From Dehalococcoidia bacterium (GTDB lineage: Bacteria > Chloroflexota > Dehalococcoidia > Lucifugimonadales > UBA3495): a DNA stretch of 64,000 bases. Under the pieces are notes generated by a model. It did no database searches. It was not told where the DNA came from and worked only from the letters and a program-made list of their open reading frames with translations. The position numbers and the translations under genes are program-made. The stretch covers positions 2,639,918 through 2,703,917 of the forward strand of contig OY760687.1 in NCBI GenBank assembly GCA_963663945.1, written 5' to 3'. Shown piece after piece: positions 49,941 through 64,000 of this stretch (the first letter of the stretch is position 1; every line of letters starts with the position of its first letter).

Positions 49941-50547
49941 CGTCGCGGATGCCGGCCTGTGCGGGTGCTCTTGAGAGGTTCAAGCAGCGCCTGCGCAGGC
50001 GCGGCGGACAGGATCAACGGCGGCAAGCAAACAATCCGTTTGAAATGTTGGCGGACCACCGGGTCCCAAGCAGAGCATAGTTGCAGGGGAAACGGGCCTT
50101 GCCGCCGTCGACGCACATACGGCTGGACAGCATTCCCGGCCACTGGCTAACCGAAATCACGCAGTGCCAAGTCGGTGCAGTTACCGTTTAATGCGGAGGG
50201 AGGGTGCAGAGAATCAGATACCAGACCCAACCGAGGCGGGTAAGATCCCTGCGTCTGGTGTGACGTAAACCGGGTGGCAAGAAAGAGGGCCACCGCGTCA
50301 TCCATATCGGAACAACTACAAACCCGGTGAGGCAGGGTTGCAATTTCCGCCGCACGGGTTTGTAACCCAGGCTGTTACCTGTCCGCCATTGGCAGCGAAA
50401 TCCTTGGCGGAAAGCCCTCAATCGACGCAACATCCAGTTCGCTTGCCGGAGCAAACTGTCCTTTGGGATTCTCAACAGGGTTCAGATCGACCGTATCGAA
50501 ATCCATCTCGGCCGCGATTCCGCCAAGGTGACGGACGGACGAGATAC

Positions 50548-55053
<4,506 letters not shown>

Positions 55054-55595
55054 GGACAGATTTTAACACAGCGACGGCGGAGCGCATCCCTCGAATGTCA
55101 GCAACGGCGGGTCACCGGGCGGCTGCCGCCAGCGGGTGCGACCCATCACAGAGCGAATCTGGTCGCGCATTGTACGGCGCAGGAGCCGAAACCGTCTGAC
55201 CCGGCTTGGCCGCCACGTTCACCAATCATCGTCGTATGGCGAGAATACCAAGAGTGAACCAGACTCGGACTATGGTCTCTTGAAAGGTTTTCACCTTGGT
55301 CTGCCGAATGTCGTCATCGCCATCGCGTGCGTGCGTCGGAAGTTTGGGTGATTCCGGTATCAGGTCTGGTCATGCGAACCTGTAAACCGCTCAACAACCT
55401 CCCCAGTGGGGGCCGAATATTCGCGAAATACCGCCTCATTTCAAGAACGTCAGTTAAATGCAAGAAAAGTAAAATATCCCCGTAAGGTCAGGTGTTACGG
55501 AATGTTACGGCTGCGGATCCATGGCACGTCAAAAGTGGTATCTACGACCCCGACCATAGTCGAGGCTCGAACGGCTGACCAGTGGGGATGCTGAA

Positions 55596-58901
<3,306 letters not shown>

Positions 58902-58919
58902 GGATTGCGCCAGACAATC

Positions 58920-58950
58920 AAAAAGGGCCGCCAGCAATTGCTGGCGGCCC
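58920..58950 (-). terminator. Rho-independent terminator between convergent genes
   Basis: GGGCCGCCAGC-AATT-GCTGGCGGCCC followed by TTTTT on the minus strand. Confidence 0.7.
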
Positions 58951-59140
58951 AACCGATTCGGCATGGTCAACAGGGATATCGGAGGCCAGGCTGGTGACGG
59001 GTTTCTGACCAAGCAGATCTGATCCGTTCGCTCTGCCCGTTGGCCAGCAGCCTGGTTTCGAGGATCGTAATCTGCCAACTGCGGTCCAGGGCCATCGCCT
59101 CCTGGGATGAACTCGGGAAGAACTGTAAGGTCATCGAACC

Positions 59141-59461
59141 TCAGCGCAGGCAATCCGCCGTTTCGAGGTCTTCTTCGAAGTCGTCGAGGCCTTCGTCCAA
59201 TTTCTCCAGCCTGGACATCTGTTCCTTGGGATCCTCATCGGCGTAGGGCATCGCGCTGACTTCATAACCCGCGGCGAATTCGGCGGCCAACTCGCGGCAT
59301 TCCGCCTCCGGAGAGAAACTGGCTTCGAGCATCAACTCCTGCGCCCGCGGCACCACTTCATCCGCTTTCCGCGCAATGTCGAACGCCGACGGCTCTTTTC
59401 CGCAGCCTAAAAGGGACACCAACGACAGTCCGATGGCAAGGGTCAGCATCAGAGTCTTCAC
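59141..59461 (-). CDS. Small acidic lipoprotein, unknown function
   Basis: MKTLMLTLAIGLSLVSLLGC lipobox; helical acidic body with two further Cys. Confidence 0.7.
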   Translation of the reverse strand: MKTLMLTLAIGLSLVSLLGCGKEPSAFDIARKADEVVPRAQELMLEASFSPEAECRELAAEFAAGYEVSAMPYADEDPKEQMSRLEKLDEGLDDFEEDLETADCLR

Positions 59462-59684
59462 GATAGCCCTTCCGCACAATTTGTCAGAATCATAACACTA
59501 TTCGCGAAACCACCTGCGAGTGTTACACGTAAAGTTGCCAGGTGGGTGGTTCGCCATGACGACGACCTTGATGGATGCCAACCCGTCGAGCGCCAAATTG
59601 GATGGGCTGCGCCGGGACGTGTAGGCCACATCTCCCCGGCCATGGTATAAACTCTCGGCTAACAATACATTTCAGAGGTCCGAT

Positions 59685-60554
59685 ATGACCAGATCTGCCA
59701 ACGCTACTCTCTATCGAATCGGAACCGTGTGCGCCTTGGCGTGCCTGTTCTGGTTCGCACTGGCTTGCGGCGGAGACGAGCCGCAAGTCCCAGACGAGCC
59801 GGACTACGAGGCAACCATTGCCGCTGCCCTGGCTAAAGTCACCGTGGCCGCACCGGCAAGCGAACCAACGGCCACCGCGGAACCCACACCGACGCCGGAG
59901 CCACCCACGCCGGCCCCAACTACGGCGCCCACGGCCATGCCGGAGGCGCCAACCACCGGCGATGCGGGACCGCTGGCTCCTCTGGCCATGGACGACGCAG
60001 CCGCTTTTCTGACGGACCTTTCCGAGGGAGAACGGAGTTGCCTGGCCGGTACAATCGCTCCGGAACGGCTGGCGGCCGCGCTCCAGGATCCGGATCTGGT
60101 TGACGAAGCAGAGCGCGCGGCGCTCCTGGGTTGCCTGGAGCACGAAACCACGTTGCGACTGTTGCTTACCCCCATCCTGACCGCCACCGGCCCGTTGAGT
60201 AGCGAAACATCCGCGTGCCTGCGGGGCAGCTACGCGGACACAGACCTGCGCGCCCTCATGGCCAACCTGACCGCGGCAAGCGACCCGGGCAGCCCTGGAG
60301 AATCAGCGCAAGTCGCTGGCATGGTTACCTTCATGGTGTCGCTGTCCTGCTTGAGCGAAGAGGAGTTCCGGGTGGCGGCGCCGGCCATGGGAATAGCACC
60401 CGGGGAGCGCGAAAACTTCCAGTGCGTCCTGGAACAGGCGGGCGGCCCGGACGCCCTCACGGTGCTGCTGACACCTGCGGCGGAGTTCCCTGCCGCGCTG
60501 TTCGAAGCCATCGGACAGTGCCAACTGCAGTTGGGGGGCCCACCGCCGGGATAA
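59685..60554 (+). CDS. Lipoprotein with Pro/Thr linker and Cys-containing helical repeats
   Basis: FALAC lipobox, PTPTPEPPTPAPT linker, spaced ERSCL/LLGCL/SACL/LSCL/FQCV/GQC motifs. Confidence 0.75.
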   Translation: MTRSANATLYRIGTVCALACLFWFALACGGDEPQVPDEPDYEATIAAALAKVTVAAPASEPTATAEPTPTPEPPTPAPTTAPTAMPEAPTTGDAGPLAPLAMDDAAAFLTDLSEGERSCLAGTIAPERLAAALQDPDLVDEAERAALLGCLEHETTLRLLLTPILTATGPLSSETSACLRGSYADTDLRALMANLTAASDPGSPGESAQVAGMVTFMVSLSCLSEEEFRVAAPAMGIAPGERENFQCVLEQAGGPDALTVLLTPAAEFPAALFEAIGQCQLQLGGPPPG

Positions 60555-60594
60555 TGGATCGAAAAGGCGCCTCGCGCCAACAAGGAGCTTGAAC

Positions 60595-61386
60595 ATGGCC
60601 CGTCTGGATGGAAAGGTAGCGTTGATCACGGGAGCCACCGGCGGCATCGGTCGCGCGGCGGCGCGGTTGTTCGCCGACGAGGGCGCCCGGCTCGCGTTGG
60701 TCGACCTTGACGAGTCGGCGCTGCGGGAAGTTGCGCAGTCGATCGGCGAAGATCGGGCCAGCTACGTCTCCGCCGACGTGACGTCGGCCGAGCAGACCCA
60801 GGCCTACGTGCAGGCGGCAGTGGACCGGTGGGGCGGCGTGGACGTCCTGCTGGCCAACGCCGGGATCGAAGGTTCCATATCTCCCATTCCAGATTATCCC
60901 CTGGACGTGTTCGACCGCGTGATGGCGGTCAACGTGCGCGGCGTGTGGCTGGGCATCAAGTACGTCGTTCCGGTCATGCGGGAGCGGGGCGGCGGCAGCA
61001 TCGTGATCACGTCGTCCACGGCCGGCATCGGCGCCGGTCCCGACATGTCGGCATACACGACGAGCAAGCACGCAGTGATCGGCTTGATGCGCACCGCCGC
61101 GATGGAAGGGGCATCCTCGGGCATCCGCGTCAACACCGTCAACCCGGCTCCCATCGAAACGCGGATGATGCGGTCCATCGAGGAGATGCGCGTGGCCGCG
61201 CTGGACGATTCCGACATTACCGTGGAGCAGACCTACCGGGCGACCTCGGCACGCATCCCGCTGGGTCGTTATGGAAACCCCGAGGAAGTGGCGCGAATGA
61301 TGCTGTTCCTGGCCAGCGACGACAGCAGTTTCTGCACCGGCGGCGTCTACATGGTGGACGGCGGCCGGTCGGCGGGAGGCCGGTAG
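60595..61386 (+). CDS. Short-chain dehydrogenase/reductase (SDR)
   Basis: TGATGGIG, NAG, TSS, YTTSK, NTVNP, DGG. Confidence 0.95.
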   Translation: MARLDGKVALITGATGGIGRAAARLFADEGARLALVDLDESALREVAQSIGEDRASYVSADVTSAEQTQAYVQAAVDRWGGVDVLLANAGIEGSISPIPDYPLDVFDRVMAVNVRGVWLGIKYVVPVMRERGGGSIVITSSTAGIGAGPDMSAYTTSKHAVIGLMRTAAMEGASSGIRVNTVNPAPIETRMMRSIEEMRVAALDDSDITVEQTYRATSARIPLGRYGNPEEVARMMLFLASDDSSFCTGGVYMVDGGRSAGGR

Positions 61387-61438
61387 CGGATGCCGGCGCC
61401 CGGGACGCTGGGCGCATTGGCACGCTGAGACACTACCC

Positions 61439-62509
61439 ATGTGGCAGGCTACCGAACACGAGCTGGAGTCCATCGCCATCGGCGCCGGCATCCTGGGCAC
61501 GGGCGGCGGCGGAAACCCCTACATCGGACAACTGAGGGCGCGGCAGGCCATCCGCCGGTGGGGAATAGTGGACGTTCTCGAGCCCGACGAGTTGCCGGAT
61601 GACGCCCGGGTGGTATGTGTGGGCGGCATCGGAGCGCCGACGGTGGGGATCGAGAAAGTGCGCGACCTCCAGTCCTACCACGCGCTGCGCGCCATCGAAG
61701 ACTTCACCGGCGAGTCGGCAACCGCTCTCATCTCCAACGAGATCGGCGGCAGCAACTCGGTGGAACCGCTGATCGCAGCAGCCATGGCCGGACTGCCGGT
61801 GGTGGACGCCGACGGCATGGGCCGTGCGTTCCCTGAATTTCAAATGAAGACGTTCTTCGTGTACGGCGTGCCGTGCTGTCCCATGGCAGTGGCCGACGAG
61901 AAGGGCAACAGCGTCGTCATACGAGAGACGATAAATCCCCGATGGGCCGAGCGCCTGGCCCGGTCGGTGACGATCCAAATGGGCTGCGTGGCCTGCTACG
62001 CCGTGGCGCCCATGTCTGCCGAGCAGGTGAGGCGCACGGCGGCACCCCTGACCCTGGCGCTCGCGCGTGACCTGGGGGATGCGGTCAAGTCCGCCCGCCA
62101 GCATGGCGACGACCCGCTGGAAGCCATCCTCGGCGTCTGCCCGGGCAAGGTCCTGTTCAGCGGCAAGGTGGTGGACGTTGAGCGCCGCACCACGGCGGGA
62201 TTCGCCCGGGGCGTGCTGACCATCGACGGGCTGGACGACTACGCCGGCGAGCGCATGGTCATCGAGTTTCAAAACGAAAACCTCGTCGCCCGGCGGGACG
62301 GCGTGATCACGTGCGTGGTTCCGGACCTGATTTGCGCCGTAGCCACCGACCTCGGCGAACCGGTCACGACGGAGTTGATGCGGTACGGCCTGCGAGTCAC
62401 GATACTGGGGTTTCCGGCCCCGGAGCTATGGACAAGTCCCGAAGGATTGTCCGTCGCCGGCCCGCAGGCATTCGGCTACGACGTTGACTACGCGCCACTG
62501 GCAGTTTAG
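61439..62509 (+). CDS. DUF917 family protein
   Basis: GAGILGTGGGGNPY, EIGGSNS, VDADGMGRAFPE, FQNENL, PDLI, LRYGLRV. Confidence 0.9.
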   Translation: MWQATEHELESIAIGAGILGTGGGGNPYIGQLRARQAIRRWGIVDVLEPDELPDDARVVCVGGIGAPTVGIEKVRDLQSYHALRAIEDFTGESATALISNEIGGSNSVEPLIAAAMAGLPVVDADGMGRAFPEFQMKTFFVYGVPCCPMAVADEKGNSVVIRETINPRWAERLARSVTIQMGCVACYAVAPMSAEQVRRTAAPLTLALARDLGDAVKSARQHGDDPLEAILGVCPGKVLFSGKVVDVERRTTAGFARGVLTIDGLDDYAGERMVIEFQNENLVARRDGVITCVVPDLICAVATDLGEPVTTELMRYGLRVTILGFPAPELWTSPEGLSVAGPQAFGYDVDYAPLAV

Positions 62510-62521
62510 AGGGCGCTGGTT

Positions 62522-64000
62522 ATGTTAGTCGGCGTCGACGTGGGTGGCACAAACACGGACGCCGTCCTCATGGACGGCCCGCGGCTGATCAACGCGGTGA
62601 AACTGCCCACCACTCCGGACGTGACCACCGGCATCGTCGATGCCCTGAGAGAGTTGCTGGCTGAATTGCCCTCCAGCGCGCAGGTCGACGCCGTGATGGT
62701 GGGCACGACGCATTTTACCAATGCCCTGCTGGAACGCCGGGAACTGGCTCCGACTGCGGCGCTCCGCCTGTGCCTGCCGGCCACCCAACTCCTGCCGCCG
62801 TTGGTGGACTGGCCGGACGATCTGCGAGATGCCATCGGCGGGTTCACCTATATGGTGGGCGGCGGGCACGAATTCGACGGCCGCGAGATCAGTCCGATGG
62901 ACCGGTCTGAGATACGCGAGGCGGTGGCCGACATGCGCCGGCAGGGAGTGCGCGCGGTAGCCGTTTCGGGGGTATTCTCCCCGGTCAACAGCGAGCACGA
63001 ATCCGCAGCGGCCGCGATAGTGCGCGAAGAGGCGCCGGACCTGCGGGTCTGCGTGTCCCACGAGAACGGTCGCACCGGGCTGCTGGAACGTGAGAATGCG
63101 GCAACCTTGAACGCCGCCCTGGGCGAACTGGCCCAACGCACCATCAGCGGCATCGAGCGGGCCATCGAAGCGCTGGGAGTTAGCGCTCCGCTCTACCTGA
63201 GCCAGAACGACGGCACCTTGATGGACGCCGATTTCGCCGCCAGTTTCCCGGTGCTCACCATTGCTTCAGGGCCCACCAACAGCATGCGCGGCGCCGCCTG
63301 GCTTTCTGGAATACGCGACGGCATCGTGGTGGACGTGGGCGGCACATCCACCGACGTGGGCGCCCTGGTGAACGGATTCCCCCGGGAAGCGGCGGTGGCC
63401 GTCGAATTGGCGGGCGTGCGCACCAATTTCCGCATGCCGGACACCGTGTCGATCCCCCTGGGCGGAGGCACGGTGGTGCAACCGGATCCCCTGCGCATCG
63501 GCCCGGAAAGCATTGGATACCTACTGACGACAGACGCGCGGGTGTTCGGCGGCGATACGCTCACCACAACCGACGTCGCGGTCGCCAGCGGCAGGGCCCA
63601 GATAGGCGGCCCGAGCCGGGTTGCGAACCTAGACCCATCGCTGGTGGGCCAGGTTATGGACGAGATCCAGGTCCGGGTAGAAACCGCAATCGATCGAGTG
63701 AAACTGAGCCGGGACGATGTGCCGGTGGCCCTGGTTGGCGGCGGCAGTATCCTGCTGGGCAACACGCTGGCCGGCGCCTCGGAGGTACTTCGGCCCGAGA
63801 ACTCGGGCGTCGCCAACGCCATCGGTGCGGCCATCGCCCAGGTGGGCGGTCAGGTCGAACGGGTCTACTCGCTGGAAGGCATCGGACGGGAGGAAGCCAT
63901 CGCGGATTGCTCCGCCGCGGCGATTGCCCGTGCCGTTTCCGCTGGAGCAGACCCGTCCACCATCGAGGTGGTGGAGATCGACGAGGTGCCGCTGACCTAC
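62522..64000 (+). CDS. Hydantoinase/oxoprolinase family protein, 3'-partial
   Basis: GVDVGGTNTDAV, GTTHFTNALLE, LLERENAA, SQNDGTL, SGPTNSMRGA, VVDVGGTSTDVG; frame open to the window edge, so absent from the ORF track. Confidence 0.93.
   Translation, partial: MLVGVDVGGTNTDAVLMDGPRLINAVKLPTTPDVTTGIVDALRELLAELPSSAQVDAVMVGTTHFTNALLERRELAPTAALRLCLPATQLLPPLVDWPDDLRDAIGGFTYMVGGGHEFDGREISPMDRSEIREAVADMRRQGVRAVAVSGVFSPVNSEHESAAAAIVREEAPDLRVCVSHENGRTGLLERENAATLNAALGELAQRTISGIERAIEALGVSAPLYLSQNDGTLMDADFAASFPVLTIASGPTNSMRGAAWLSGIRDGIVVDVGGTSTDVGALVNGFPREAAVAVELAGVRTNFRMPDTVSIPLGGGTVVQPDPLRIGPESIGYLLTTDARVFGGDTLTTTDVAVASGRAQIGGPSRVANLDPSLVGQVMDEIQVRVETAIDRVKLSRDDVPVALVGGGSILLGNTLAGASEVLRPENSGVANAIGAAIAQVGGQVERVYSLEGIGREEAIADCSAAAIARAVSAGADPSTIEVVEIDEVPLTY

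Overview
GC-rich bacterial window. The protein repertoire (cadherin, beta-propeller and FN3 surface proteins, NarX/NarL-type pairs, a serine recombinase reading into a tmRNA-like end) resembles host-associated Chloroflexota (Dehalococcoidia/SAR202-like); that assignment is inference only. About 1-50 kb is accessory, partly decayed DNA dominated by signal transduction and very large secreted repeat proteins. It holds a doubly inactivated PIN toxin-antitoxin pair and an orphan type I-E CRISPR repeat-spacer-repeat whose trailer repeat supplies the ATG of a truncated NUDIX ORF. There are two paralogous NarX/NarL-like cassettes, a one-protein GAF-PAS-kinase-REC-wHTH regulator plus a dead copy, and an OmpR/BaeS-like pair behind a triple-repeat His/Glu lipoprotein. 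Mobile DNA comprises a decayed IS630 and a serine-recombinase remnant overlapping a tmRNA-like 3' end. An intact IS21 splits a roughly 4,200-aa adhesin gene in frame. Further right lie an XRE-HTH/multipass membrane regulator and two tandem beta-propeller/cadherin proteins that share an unrecognised Cys-containing C-terminal domain. Two different conserved non-coding elements are each shared by kinase genes of unrelated families. From 50 kb: lhr helicase, an FN3 protein with a perfect (AACAACGGC)x41 tract, two lipoproteins, and an SDR / DUF917 / hydantoinase-oxoprolinase cluster running off the right edge. No rRNA, complete tRNA/tmRNA or cas genes were seen.
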